A stretch of 63,259 nt of DNA, the filler included, from Chiloscyllium plagiosum (lineage: Eukaryota): NCBI RefSeq assembly GCF_004010195.1. It is 4 parts of one record of this genome, joined end to end, with 100 filler letters (N's around TTAATTAATTAA, not from the genome) between each part and the next. Parts side by side here need not be neighbours in the genome. Positions count along the whole stretch, not along the records: positions 27,100 to 53,792 come from NC_057711.1; 3 more parts are not named here. One strand, written 5' to 3'. This document shows, piece by piece, positions 37,753 to 51,299 of the stretch. Made by a program: the position numbers and the translations under genes. The notes under the pieces are model-generated. The model did not search any database and had not been told where the DNA came from. It was given only the letters and a program-made list of their open reading frames with translations. Position 1 is the first letter of the stretch; each line of letters begins with the position of its first letter.

Positions 37753-38159
37753 ATGGTCGGCATGGACGGGTTGGACCGAAGGGTCTGTTTCCATGCTGTA
37801 CATCTCTATGACATGACTCTAAGCGGTTTAGGGGAATCCTGCAGTCATGAAAAGTGCTACGTAAGTGCAAGACTTCCATTTCCTTCAGGTCTATTTGTTG
37901 CCATGGGTACACAGCATTCTGGGAGTTTGCAGAGCAGTGATTGATTACTGCTCTGTCCGTTTCCTCACCCCCTCACGCCCACCCCATGTTATGCCAGAAC
38001 ATACATCACCCACGGGCACCATCTCCGTCGGCACAGCAACCACTTGGTGAACAGAGGCCTGTCTGTGTTCCTGGAAATAGTGGAAGGAATCAGAGTATAG
38101 TCAGCCCAGGAAGATCAACTGAGACAGATTACCATTAACAGGATCATTTTAACTGTTGC

Positions 38160-38690
38160 TGTCTATGTCCTGGGAGTGTTTGATGGGGGACAGTGTAGAG
38201 GGAGCTTAACTCTGTATCCAACCCTCTGCTGTCCCTGTCCTGGGAGTGTTTGATGAGGACAGTGTAGAGGGAGCTTTACTCTGTATCTAAGCCCGTGCTG
38301 TCCCTGTCCTGGGAGTGTTTGATCGGGGATAGTGTAGAGGGAGCTTTACTCTGTATCTAACCACATGCTGTACCTGTCCCTGGGAGAGTTTGATGGGGGA
38401 GAGTGCAGAGGAAGCTTTACTCCGTATGTATCTCCATTGTGGAGAAGTAAATCATGTGGATTCAGGGATCTAGGACGAGGGAGCTTTACTCTGTATCTAA
38501 CCACATGCTGTCCCTGTTCCTGGGAGAGTTTGATGGGGGAGAGTGTAGAGGAAGCTTTACTCTGTATCTAACCCTGTGCTGTCCCTGTCCCTGGGAGAGT
38601 TTGATGGGGGAGAGTGCAGAGGAAGCTTTACTCCGTATGTATCTCCATTGTGGAGAAGTAAATCATGTGGATTCAGGGATCTAGGACACT
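38160..38690 (+). repeat. ~70-bp satellite array with higher-order duplication
   Basis: Unit gggagtgtttgatgggggacagtgtagagggagctttactctgtatctaacc...gtgctgtccctgtcct. Confidence 0.93.
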
Positions 38691-39029
38691 GTGGTTTGCA
38701 GGGGGTGACAAGTGAGTATCGAGTGCAGGCTGTGCTGCAAACATCCAGCATTCAGAACCATCGGTTGATCAAACAGATTCTCGTCCCCTGAGCACACAGA
38801 CCGGATCCTGCTTCACCATGGATAATGAGTCCCAGATAATTTCTGAAAGATGATCCAATTTAAATGACACCAGCTACAGGATAGCATCTCAGACGGGCAG
38901 TGTTCACTTTCTCATGCCAAATATTTATTATCTTCCAAGAATAACAAATCATATACTCAATATAATTATCAACAATTCCCCGGGGCAAGATTAATTTGAC
39001 ACAGCCACATAAAATTCCCTCCACACTCT

Positions 39030-39517
39030 CTTCATCAAACATTCCCAGGACAGGGACAGCTCGAGGTTAGATACAGAGTAAAGCTCCCTCTACACTGTCC
39101 CCCATCAAACACTCCCAGGACAGGGACAGCATGGGTTAGATACAGAGTAAAGCTCTCTCTACACTGTCCCCATCAAACACTCCCAGGGCAGGGACAGCAC
39201 GGGGTTAGATACAGAGTAAAGCTCTCTCTACACTGTCCCCCATCAAATACCCCCTGGACAGGGACAGCATGGGGTTAGATACAGAGTAAAGCTCTCTCTA
39301 CACTGTCCCCCATCAAACACTCCCAGGACAGGGACAGCACGGGGTTAGATACAGAGTAAAGCTCCCGCTACGCTGTCCCCGTCAAACACATCCAGGACAA
39401 GGACAGTACGGGGTTAGATACAGAGTAAAGCTCCCTCTACACTGTCCCCCATCAAACACTCCCAGGGCAGGGACAGCACGGGGTTAGATACAGAGTAAAG
39501 CTCCCTCTACTCTGTCC
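39030..39517 (-). repeat. Same ~70-bp satellite in opposite orientation (~7 copies)
   Basis: Unit caggacagggacagcacggggttagatacagagtaaagctccctctacactgtcccccatcaaacactcc. Confidence 0.93.
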
Positions 39518-40490
39518 CAATTACATTCATTTGTTTACACACGCTAGATACAATTTATTGTCTCTTTCCTCCATTTTAAAGCATTGCTGATTTTTCTCAT
39601 TTCCAGCCCATAAACCAAATAAGTGACACGTTCTTGCAGTCTCCATGGAGACAAAGCACGATTAATGTTGCAAGCTCAGTTACCCTTCTTCTGAACCGAA
39701 ACTCACTGAACTGGAAACATTAACACTGCTTTCTCTCCACAGATGCTGCCAGACCTGCTGAATTTCTCTAGCAATTTTGTTTCTGATTTCCCTCACCCAC
39801 AGTTCTTTGTTTTATTTAAGTGAAAAATTGTCACTTTTAGTTCAGTCTCCCCCAAGAGGAGACATACTCCCCACATCCACCCTGGACCCTCCGGATTTTG
39901 TGCATTTTCATCAGGTTTCCCAGCTGTTTTGAAACTCCCTGTGGATTCAAGCCCAGTCTGTCCAACCTTTCCTCATGAGACTATCCGCCCACTCCAGGGA
40001 TTAGCCTTGTAAATATTTCCAGAACTAGTTGTGACAAATTCATCTTCTTTCGATAAGAAGACCAATAGTGTACAGGGGACACCAGATGTGCTCTCAGCAC
40101 TGGCCTGTATAAATAACATGTAACCTCAATATGTTTGCCTTCAATTTCCCTTGTGATAAACACACAGGCATGGCATGGGGGAGTGGGATATCTGACTCTT
40201 TGAGTGTCCTCTCACAGTAAGTTACTGCCGATGCTGGAATCTGTACTGAAAACCCAACAGGTCATTGAGCATCCACAGAGCTACTGTGGTTTCCAATATT
40301 GTATGTTCCAGAACCTTCTCTATCAGTTAATCCTGTATCATATTGCCTGCCTCTTGCTTTCTCCCCATCCCCTTTGCTACCTTTAACATAAATCTATCCC
40401 TTTCATGAATATATTCAGTGAGTTGACCTTCTGTGGCAGAGAATTCCACAAGTTAACTACTCTCTGAGTGAACTTATCTTTCCTCATTTT

Positions 40491-40861
40491 ATGATTTGGA
40501 GGTGCCGGTGTTGGACTGCTGTGGACAAAGTTAAAAATCCCACCACACCAGGTTATAGTCCAACAGGTTTATCTGGAAGCACTAGCTTTCGGAGAGCTGC
40601 TCCTTCATCAGGTGGTTGTGGTGTGTAAGATCATAAGACACAGAATTTAGAGCAAAAGATTACAGTGTAATGTAACTGAAATTAGTTTCAAAAACACCAC
40701 AATATATAACTTCAGTTACATCACACTGTAAATTTTTGTTATAAATTCTGTGTCTTATGATCTTATACCCCACAACCACCTGATGAAGGAGCGTCGCTCC
40801 GAAAGCTAGTGCTTCCAAATAAACCTGTTGGACTATAACCTGATGTTGTGTGATTGTTAAC
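40491..40861. mobile_element. Long palindromic Penelope terminal-repeat insertion with TSD ttcctcatttt
   Basis: ~155-bp inverted arms, each carrying a hammerhead core. Confidence 0.85.
40777..40811 (+). ncRNA. Minimal type I hammerhead ribozyme motif
   Basis: CAC-CUGAUGA-A-GGAGC-guc-GCUCC-GAAAG-CUA-GUG; mirror copy on the minus strand at 40580-40614. Confidence 0.75.
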
Positions 40862-43099
40862 TTCCTCATTTTTGTCATGTACTCTGAAACTATATCCTCT
40901 GGTTCCAGTCCTCCCCAACCATTCTTGATTTATCTAGCCTTGTTAGAATTTTTTACGTTTCAAATCGGATCCCCCTTTCATCCCATCCTTTGAAACGCTC
41001 ATGAATCCTGCTCTTCACATTCCTGATGGAAGGGCTTTTGCTCAAACCGTCTATTCTCCTGCTTCTCGGATGCTGGCTGACCGGCTGTGCTTTTCCAGCG
41101 CCACCCTTTTTGTCTCTGAATACCGTCCCAGACTAACAAGCGGCTCCTCAAATGACAGCCTTGTTACTCCGATAAACAATGAGACTCTTTGGTCTTTCCT
41201 GATGGCTGGCTGCATTGCAAGAGCTGGTTGAAATCCATCCACTGACCTCTGCACCAGAGAAAATAGACTCGCTATCAAAATTCAAAGGAAAACTCTGATG
41301 CAGTGACAACGATACTCCAGAGATGCAGGTTAATGCTCTTGGAGACATATTCAAATCCCACTCCAGCTGGTGGGAATTTCATTTTCGTTCATAAACAGAA
41401 CTGGAATGGAAAGTAATGGGGATGGGGGAGTAAAGGGGACTTGGGACAATGTTCTGGTACTGTGGGACTGTGTTCCTAACTTCGAGGGCAGAAGGTAGTC
41501 TCGGAACTAAGCCTCCACACACTGTAGCGCAAAAGGAAATGTTTAATTCAATCAGCAATGAAGTTGACTGGACTCTTTTTACTGCTAAATAAACAATAAA
41601 TTAACTCATGCCATGCTTTTCCATCAACTCAAAAATAAGGCCTTTATTACAGTCACATGTATTCTTCAAATAAGTGTCAAACCCAGTTATCAGTGAGTTA
41701 CAATGGGAATTCAGCTAAATCCCCCATTAATCCCAAGCCCGTACCCAATCAAAACAGGGATAGGGCCCAGATAGCCATGCCTTGGCAGGGTTAAAAGTCA
41801 GGGAGAGAGTGAGCACTGCAGATGCTCGAGATCAGAGTCGAGAGTGTGGCGCTGGAAAAGCACAGCAGGCCAGGCAGCATCCGAGGAGCAGGAGAGTCAA
41901 CGTTTCAGGCAAAAGGCTTTCATCAGGAGTTAAAAATCACACACCACTAGATTATAGTCCAGCAGGTTTATTTGGAACACTAACTTTCAGAGTGTAACCC
42001 TCTCACTGAGCAGCTTTGATGGGTAGGGATGAACTAAACAGAAAAGGGAACAAACAATACCCCAGGGGGGGAGCTCAGACGACAGAAAATATCTTCTCTT
42101 AGTTCCTTCAAATCCCCATTGGCGAGATCTGATCGCTAACTGTCACCAAACTATGAAGACTAGATTTCAGATTCAGCTGAGGAACAGATGAGAGATCTGA
42201 GGAAAGGTCACTCAGCCTGAAACGTTAACTCTGATTTCTCTCCACAGATGCTGCGAGAGCTGCTGAGCTTTTCCAGCAATTTCCATTTTTGAACAAATTG
42301 GAGTCTTGATATCTGAACATTTATCGGGGTTAATCTGAGCTAAAACACCTTTTCTCCACCACCACCCCCCCAACTGCAGCATAAATGTTGTTGCCTCCAC
42401 ACTTCACAGCAACTCTGATGAAGACTCATCCAGACTCGAAACATTAGCTTGCTCTCTCTCCATGGATATAAAGTTTATGTCCTTATTGAATGAGAGAGAG
42501 AGAGAGAGGGAGTTCTGAAGAAGGATCATTGGATTTGAAATGTAACTCTGCTTCTCTCTCCACTGATGTTGCAAGACCTGCTGAGTTTCTCCAGCAATTT
42601 ATGTGTTTGTTTGAGAGAAAGAGAGAGAGTACTGCTTATGCTTACAAAGGTATTCACAAACTGGTGCGTACTGAGAAACACACTCATTACCTCAGATCAG
42701 AGGCTGTTGCTAGGTGATGATGTAACAGATCCATTAGAGTTTTCAGCTCTGTTTGTTGAACATTAAATGAATAAAACTCCACGCTGATCCTCGCTAACAA
42801 AATTGCTGGGCACTGCTTTTCAAAGTCTCTTGTTCCTTTTGTTAAACAGCAGATTAGGTTATAAATCTTTAACTTGGCAGATCCAGACAATCACATGATA
42901 AATGCTTTGCGACTCTGTGATATCCAAATTTCCATCTTCCAGTTCTTATAATCTATAAATACATGGGTTCCTAATTCCTGAAGAAGGGCTCATGCCCGAA
43001 ATGTCGATTCTCCTGCTCCATGGATGCTGCCTGACCTGCTGACTTTTCCAGCAACACATTTTCAGTTCCTAACAATTATCACAGGGTGGGTAATCAAAG

Positions 43100-43470
43100 G
43101 CCCAGGTTAATGCTGTGGGGCTATGAATCCCAGCATGACAGGCGGTGAAATTTGAATTCAATGTAAAACTGGATTTAAAAAGCTAGTCTAATGGCGACCA
43201 TGTCAATATTGGTAATTCTCATAAAACACACCTGGGTCACTAATGTCCTTTAGAGAGGGAAATCTGTCGTCCTTACCTGGTCTGGTCTACGTGCGACTCC
43301 AGACCCACAGCAATGTGGTTAACTCTTCATCAACCTCTGGAAAAGCTTTAAATCACACAACACCAAGATATAGTCCAACAGGTTTATTTGAAAGTACCAG
43401 CTTTCGGAGAGCTGCTCCTTCATCAAACCTCTGAAAAGGCTGAGCAAACCATTAGGGCAGTAACTGCTGC
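43100..43470 (+). mobile_element. SacSINE1-like Deu-SINE with a short PLE repeat inserted at ~43348-43425
   Basis: Deu core at 43240-43330; aacctctg is duplicated around the insert. Confidence 0.75.
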
Positions 43471-43509
43471 ACTCCCTGTGAGATAATGTACTTGAAATGA
43501 TCTTTCTCT

Positions 43510-43795
43510 GATTAGATTCCCTACAGTGTGGAACCAGGCCATTTGGCCCAACCAGTCCACACCGACCCTCCGAAGAGTAACCCACCCAGACCCATTTCCC
43601 TCTGACTGATGCACCTAACACCTTTAGTGTGGCCAATTCACCTGACCTGCACATCTTTGGATTGTGGGAGGAAACCCACGCAGACACAGGGAGAATGTGC
43701 AAACTAAACACAGACGGTCGCCCGAGGCTGGAATTGATCCTGGGACCCTGGTGCTGTGTGGCAGTGGTGCTACCCACTGAGCCACCGTGCCACCC
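43510..43795 (-). mobile_element. HE1 SINE
   Basis: Full head, core and tail in reverse orientation. Confidence 0.9.
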
Positions 43796-44449
43796 TGTGT
43801 TAAAGAAGATTTCCATTTTTGCTTCAGAACAAGCAGCCATCCATCAATCTGCTGAACCTACTCTGTACCTTCTGTCAGGGGATGGACACATTGCTCTCTG
43901 AGCTATCTATAACCTGGTCTGCACTTATTAACTCGTGTACCCAATGTCAACATCATCCTTGCATTTGTATAGCACCCTTAGCATGCAAACAACATTCCAA
44001 ACGTGTTGTCCTCTTAATCTGACAAATAAATACGTGACACCAATTAAGAGAAAGAGCAGTTCGGAGGAAAAATTGAAGATTATTTAGAGTTAAAAGTCAA
44101 TTTTAAAGATGAAATGTGCAGATTTAGAGAGGCTTCGGGACAATTTGGGCCCAGGCAGCTGAGAAGGTGACCGTGTGTGAATTTGGAGAGATTAACGTCG
44201 AGAGTATTCTCAAGGCTGGGATTGGAGGCATACAGAGATCTCAGAGGGTTATGGGGCTGGAGGAGATGATAGGGTCAGAGAGGGGAGAGGCCACAGGGGA
44301 ATTGAGGATGAGAACTTTAAACTGGGAGAATTGCTTGACCAAGGGAAAAATTAGATTCCTAAGCACAGAGGGTGTCTGGGCCGGCAGGATTTGGGAGAGA
44401 AGCTGGGGGTGTGTTGGAATAGTCCGGTCTCGAGGTAATTAAAGGTCTT

Positions 44450-44790
44450 ATAAGGAGAGGTTGAGGAGGTTGGGTCTGTACTCATTGGAGTTTAGAAGGA
44501 TGAGAGGTGACCTTATTGAAACGTAAAGGATTCTCAGGGGATGTGACAGAGGGAGATCTGGGAAGGTTGTTCCCCCTTGTGAATCTGTGGGAGTCTTTCC
44601 CACTGAGGGCTGTCGGGGCTGGGTCATTCAGGATATTCAAGGCTGAGACAGAGAGAGTTTTAGTCAGGGAGGGGATCGAGGGTTATGGGGGAAAGGCAGG
44701 AAAGTGGGGATGGGGATGATCAGGTCAGACACGATCCCACTGAATGGTGGAGCAGACTCGATGGGCTGAATGGCCTACTCCTGCCCCATT
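44450..44790 (+). mobile_element. CR1 3' fragment
   Basis: Same subfamily as 471-880. Confidence 0.85.
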
Positions 44791-46503
44791 GTTTTCCCTG
44801 CCTTATGGAGAGAGATGCTGCCAGGGTAGTTAGTATAAACCTGAACTGACACGGCTGGATCAGACCATAACACTGAAGGGCAGCGGGCAAATGAGACCGA
44901 GGAAGGGGATGAGGACACGTTGGTGATGAAGACCAGTGGGAAGGGGGAGGGAGCAGGAAGAGAGGCCAGTGAGCAACAAGGTGACACACCACAAGGAGAG
45001 CAGTCCCACCCAGCTGCGAGAGGGGCTGGAGGTGGTGGGACTGTCAGCGAGGTGCAGAGAGTGTGTTTACCTCCATCAGTCTCCCAGGATGTCGATGACC
45101 TTGTCCTGATGTGATGTGGGCAGTGCTGGTGGGAGAGGAGCCTTGCATTGTCCAACGTAACACTGTTAACCGAACATTAAAATTCAGCACAATGTAAGCA
45201 ACAGCCATTTGCATCTCAGGAATCATCCAAGCGGAAATCTTTACAGTGTGTGTGTGTGTGTGAATGTGCGAGTGTGTGAGTGTGAGTGTTCAGAGGCAGC
45301 TGACTGCACGGTTCACTGCTGAGGTCTTACTCCTGTGCACCTTCCTAGAAAAGCCTCATTCAGTGACAGAGAGTGCATTCTCTCCCCATGAATGGACACT
45401 GTCTTGCCCATCAGCCAGGGCAGAGGAAGACTCAGCGACTGCAGACACACCAACTCAGACCAGCATACTGCAGGAAACCACAGACTTTTGTTCTGCAAAT
45501 ATAATCAAACAATGTTTGACAGTGGGATCAAGGTTTCTCAGTACCCATCTTGGCACCGTCCAAATCTGTCTGTTATTCTTTAATAACGATTCTGACCTTA
45601 GCCCACACGCCCTTACTCCTATGAAAGAGGCCCCCCCTCGCCTTTGTCCTTCAAGTGAGGTGAAACACAGGACACAAAGCATTGGTCACAGGAAATGAAA
45701 GCTGCATTTCATTCTGCTCAGTAAGAATTAAATCCCAGGTTCTTTACGGAGGCAATCTGACTTGCTCGAAAGGTACAGGAGGTGGCCATTCTGCCTCTCC
45801 AGTCTGATACATTCCCACGTTGATAATGTTGCTGCGCTAGGCTTGGAATGATTAGTTTAGAAAAATCACAGATTGTTACAGTGCAGAAGGAGGCTATTCG
45901 GCCCATAGTACCTACACTGGCTCTTTAACCATGCATCACTACTGAGTGCCAATCTCCTGCCCTTTCCCCCTATCCCGGCACACCACCTCTATCCAAATAA
46001 CCATCAAATGCCCCTCCTGAATGCCTCAGTTGAAGCTGCCTCCAACACACGTCCAGGCAGTGCATTCCAAACCCTGACTACTCCTTAAGTGAACATGTTT
46101 ATTTCTCGTGCCACCCTTGCCTATTTTCCACATCAAAATCTTGTTCTTCTTCCTTTTACAAGTGGGAACAGCTCCTTCCGATCCACTGTATTCAGGCCCT
46201 GCTCATGATGTTGAACCAGATCCCTGCTCAGCTTCCTCCTCTCCAAGGGGAACACACTTGGTTTCTTCAATCAATGCTCATTGCTGGAACCATTCCCGTT
46301 AATCACCCCACACTTGCTCCAATGAATTCATACTTTTCCCTGTATTGTGGCCTCCACAATCCTCCAGCTGGGGTCCGGTTTGTGCATTTCAATTCAGTTA
46401 GTCCAAATAATTTGGAAACTAGTGGACTAGTTAGACTGAAGGGGCTGTTTCTGTACTGCATGGTTTTATGACTCTATGACTCTATGGCTCTAATTTTATC
46501 ATA

Positions 46504-46836
46504 TTAGATTAGATTAGATTAGATTAGATTACTTACAGTGTGGAAACAGGCCCTTCGGCCCAACAAGTGCACACCGACCCGCCAAAGTGCACCCACCCAG
46601 ACCCATTCCCCTACATTTACCCCTGCACCTAACTCTACGGGCAATTTACCATAGCCAATTCACCTTACCTGCACATCTTTGGACTGTGGGAGGAAACCGG
46701 AGCACCCAGAGGAAACCCGCACAGACACGGGGAGAACGTGCAAACTCCACACAGTCAGTCGCCTGAGGCGGGAGTTGAACCCAGGTCTCTGGCGCTGTGA
46801 GGCAGCAGTGCTAACCACTGTGCCACCGTGCCGCCC
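46504..46836 (-). mobile_element. HE1 SINE (full length)
   Basis: (TTAGA)5 tail; head gggcggcacggtggcacagtggttagc. Confidence 0.93.
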
Positions 46837-47144
46837 TATATTATTGTCACTCTTCCCCAAGGGACACCACACAACAAGATTATTAATTAATCCTTTCTCA
46901 TTGCATGGCACCAAACCTGGAATAGCCTATTCTGTAGTTGGTTCATCAATATATTGGTCTAAAATACTTTATTCTCTTTATTTATTTGTGGGATGTAGGT
47001 GTTGCTGTTGGGCCAGCGTTTATTACCCAGCCCCAGTTACCCTTGAGAAGGTGGTGGTGAGCTCTTATGTACTCTCCAGGGAATCCTCCTCCACAATGCC
47101 AACGCTAGTTTGGTTTGTCTAATCTATATGCAAATTAAAGCCAT

Positions 47145-47350
47145 ATGGAATGAGCTGCCAGAGGATTTGTTGGAGGCTGGTACAATTGCAATATTTAAGA
47201 GGCATTTGGATGTGTATATGAATAGGAAGGGTTTGGAGGGATATGTGCCAGGTGCTGGCAGGTTGGACTAGATTGGGTTGGGATATCTGGTCGGCATGGA
47301 CAGGTTGGACCGAAGGGTCTGTTTCCATGCTGTACATCTCTATGACTCTA
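47145..47350 (+). mobile_element. HER1 3' end
   Basis: tggaatgagctgccagagg ... ctctatgactcta. Confidence 0.85.
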
Positions 47351-47835
47351 TAATTAAGGTTGCACCTTTGTTGCATGTTTCTCTGATTTCTTGCTGAAAA
47401 CCTTCACTTACATTTCCACTATTGTTTGGAGGAACTATAGAAAGCCTATAGAAAGTCCTTATAAAAGATTCCGACCTGAAACGTCGACTCTCCTGCTCCT
47501 GTGATGCTACCTGACTTGCTGTGCTTTTCCAGCTCCACCATTTATCCACCCTGGCTCTCCTGCATCTGCAGCCCTCACTATCTCCGAGTTATCGAATACC
47601 TTCAACAATGTTTTCTGCTCCTTGGTATTTCATATTTCAATCCGTACAGATTCCACATCATGAGATTCAAGGCAACTTCCTCCCTCCCCGTTGTGTTGGT
47701 TCACTCCATTACTAATAAAGCTACCTCACCACCTTTCCTTGTCCTACCTAAATACTGAATACCTCTAAACACAACTATATCACAACCACTTGCATCCATT
47801 TTGATCATAACATCATAAAAATTAGTCAACCCGTC

Positions 47836-48500
47836 ACATCTGCTCCACCATTCAGTGGGATCATGTCTGATCTGATCATCCTCAACCCCACTTTCCTGCC
47901 TTTCCCCCATAACCCTCGATCCCCTTCCTGATTAAAACTCTCTCTGTCTCAGCCTTGAATGACCCAGCCCCGACAGCCCTCAGTGGGAAAGACTCCCACA
48001 GATTCACTCCCCTCCGAGGGAAGACATTCCTCCTCATCCCTGTCTCCAATGGGTGACCCGTTATTCTGAGATGATTCCCTCTGGTCCTAGTCTCTCCCTC
48101 ACAAGGGGGAACACCCTTCCCACATCTCCCCCTGTCACATCCCCTGAGAATCCTGTACGTTTCAGTAAGGTCACCTCTCATCCTTCTAAATCCCAATGAG
48201 CACCGGCCCAACCTCCTCAACCTCCCCTCATAGAACACTCCCTCCATCCCCGGGATCAGTGAGGGAACCTTCCCAGCACTGACTCCGATGTCAGTCTGTC
48301 TTTCCTTACTCCTCACAATATTCCTGCTGTACTCTGCTTCGCATCATGTACCTTTTAGAAGACTTCCCTTTTAGACTCCATTCCCTGAAATAAAGGCCAA
48401 CATCCCACTTTCCTTTCCTATTACCCACTGTACTTGGATGCTAGCTTTTTGTGATTTAGCTCAGGGATTTCCAAATTCCTCTGTTGTGTAGCTTCCCATT
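47836..48500 (-). mobile_element. CR1 3' fragment
   Basis: ORF 47882-48316 is nearly identical to 24664-25029. Confidence 0.88.
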
Positions 48501-49019
48501 TAAATAATATCCATTATAATTCATCTACCCCATAGTAAATGCTCTGTGTATTAATCCACAAAAAGCCTTCAGATTTTGGAGTTCTAATGATGAGACATTG
48601 GACTCAGAACATTAACTCTGCTTTCTTCCCACAGACGCTGCCCGACCTGCTGCATTTCTCCTGCAATTTTGTTTCAAGCCTTCAGCCTTGTCGCTTTGAT
48701 GTTGTCAGTGAGCTTTGCTTTATTTTGAGCAATGGCCCTTATTGTTCCCCTGCTCCCGCTTTTCCACCTTCCACTTTAGCTTCTTGCCTTTCTGTCTTTT
48801 GTTACTATCATGACCCTCGTTCTCTGTCTGTCTGTCTGTCTGTCTCTGTCTGCTCAGGTTCCCATCCTCCTGACAACACCCCCTGCCAGCAGGATTATCC
48901 ATGGTGTCGAGGGTAATGGGGAGAGTGCGAGTAAGAGAGTTTATTTGATCAGCCATGATCATGTTAAATAGCAGAGCAAACCTGATGGGCTGAATGGTCT
49001 ACTGCTGTTCTTATGTACG

Positions 49020-50100
49020 TATGTGTGTTTGTGTTTGTGTGTGTGTGTCTGGGTGTGTGTGTGCCTGTGTGTGGGTGTGTGCCTGTGTGTGGGTGTGTGT
49101 TTGGTTGTGTGTGTTTGGGTGTCTGTGTGTGGGTGTGTGTGTGTNNNNNNNNNNNNNNNNNNNNNNNNNNNNNNNNNNNNNNNNNNNNNNNNNNNNNNNN
49201 NNNNNNNNNNNNNNNNNNNNNNNNNNNNNNNNNNNNNNNNNNNNNNNNNNNNNNNNNNNNNNNNNNNNNNNNNNNNNNNNNNNNNNNNNNNNNNNNNNNN
49301 NNNNNNNNNNNNNNNNNNNNNNNNNNNNNNNNNNNNNNNNNNNNNNNNNNNNNNNNNNNNNNNNNNNNNNNNNNNNNNNNNNNNNNNNNNNNNNNNNNNN
49401 NNNNNNNNNNNNNNNNNNNNNNNNNNNNNNNNNNNNNNNNNNNNNNNNNNNNNNNNNNNNNNNNNNNNNNNNNNNNNNNNNNNNNNNNNNNNNNNNNNNN
49501 NNNNNNNNNNNNNNNNNNNNNNNNNNNNNNNNNNNNNNNNNNNNNNNNNNNNNNNNNNNNNNNNNNNNNNNNNNNNNNNNNNNNNNNNNNNNNNNNNNNN
49601 NNNNNNNNNNNNNNNNNNNNNNNNNNNNNNNNNNNNNNNNNNNNNNNNNNNNNNNNNNNNNNNNNNNNNNNNNNNNNNNNNNNNNNNNNNNNNNNNNNNN
49701 NNNNNNNNNNNNNNNNNNNNNNNNNNNNNNNNNNNNNNNNNNNNNNNNNNNNNNNNNNNNNNNNNNNNNNNNNNNNNNNNNNNNNNNNNNNNNNNNNNNN
49801 NNNNNNNNNNNNNNNNNNNNNNNNNNNNNNNNNNNNNNNNNNNNNNNNNNNNNNNNNNNNNNNNNNNNNNNNNNNNNNNNNNNNNNNNNNNNNNNNNNNN
49901 NNNNNNNNNNNNNNNNNNNNNNNNNNNNNNNNNTGAGAGTGTGTGTATGGGTGTGTGAGTGTGTCTGCGTGTGTGTGGGTGTGAGAGTGTGTGTGTGGGT
50001 GTGTCTGTGAGAGTGTGTGTGGGTGTGTCTGTGTGTGTGTGTGGGTGTGTGAGAGTGTGTGTGTATGGGTGAGTGTGTGTGTGCGAATGTGCATGTGCGT
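49020..50100. repeat. (TG)n-rich microsatellite containing gap 49145-49933
   Basis: TG repeats on both sides of the N run. Confidence 0.95.
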
Positions 50101-50102
50101 GG

Positions 50103-50866
50103 TTTGATTTATTTGAGTCACATGTACCTACGTACAGTGAAAAGTATGGTTTTGAGAGCAGTACAGGCAGATCATAGCAACAAGGACATACAGATCATGG
50201 GATGCTTCGACAGAGTGAGGCATACAAAGTTACACTAAACAGGAGGTGTACAAAGCAAGATCACCATTATTTGAAGTTGGAGACGTCCGTTCGTCAGTCT
50301 AATAACAGCCAGGAAGAAGCTGTTCCTGAACCTGCTGGTGTGAGTGTTCTGGTTTCTGTATCTTCGGCCTGACGGAAGAGGTTGTAGGTCATTACCGGGG
50401 TGGGAGGGATCTTTGATAATGGTGGCAGCCTTTCCGTGACAGCAAGCTGTGCAAATGGAGCCCATGGATGGAAGGTTGGCTTCCGTGATGGTCTGGGCTG
50501 TACACACCACCACCTGTAGTGTCTAACGGTCCTGGGGCAGAGCTGTTGCCATACCAGGCCGTTATGCACCTGGACCATATGCTTTCAATGGTGCATCTGG
50601 AGAAGTTGGTGAGGGTCCTTCTGGACATGCCAAATTTCCTGAGCCAATTGAGGAAGAGGAGGCTTTGTTCCTTCTTTACCATCACATCTACGTGGGAAGT
50701 GTAGGATAGGTTGTCGGATATCGTCACTCCGAGGAACGTGATGCTCTCCACCCTTTCGACCTCCGCTCCACTGATGTAGATGGGGGTGTTCTCCTCCTTA
50801 CTTTCTGAAATCAATGATCAGCTCTTTAGTTTAGCTGATGTTGAGAGAGAGATCGTTATCATTGCA
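50103..50866 (-). mobile_element. Rex1/Babar LINE 3' fragment
   Basis: ORF 50392-50814 is nearly identical to 1671-2069. Confidence 0.88.
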
Positions 50867-51299
50867 TACTTGTGCGTGTGAGAGTGAGTGTGTGATGCGT
50901 GTGTGAGTATGAGTGTGTTCATGTCTGAGCAGCTGATGGGGTGAGTGAGGCTATTGGAAAGTGTGAAGTGAAATGCATTAACCATGAGCAATGTTTATGT
51001 TTGAAACTGCAGATTGTATCTGGATTCTGTAAGTAATGACTAACTGGAGAGGGATAGGCTGTGTAACCCTTTCCATTACCACACATCATTCACACTCTAT
51101 GCTCTCAGTCCTGCTTTGGTTCAGTAACAAACCGAAAACACAACGCAGATATACCCAGGAGCTAATAACCCAACCGAGTGCAACAACAGACTGTGTCTCG
51201 GTTAATAACACCCTCTGTCGTAATATCAATGTCCAAAACACTCAGTCTGGAACTTCACCTACACCAAACACATTAAATAAAAGACAAGACAGCTAATCA

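Noticed and set aside
38160..39517. CRISPR-like array
   Set aside because: The units are tandem without unique spacers, there are no cas genes, and the DNA is vertebrate.
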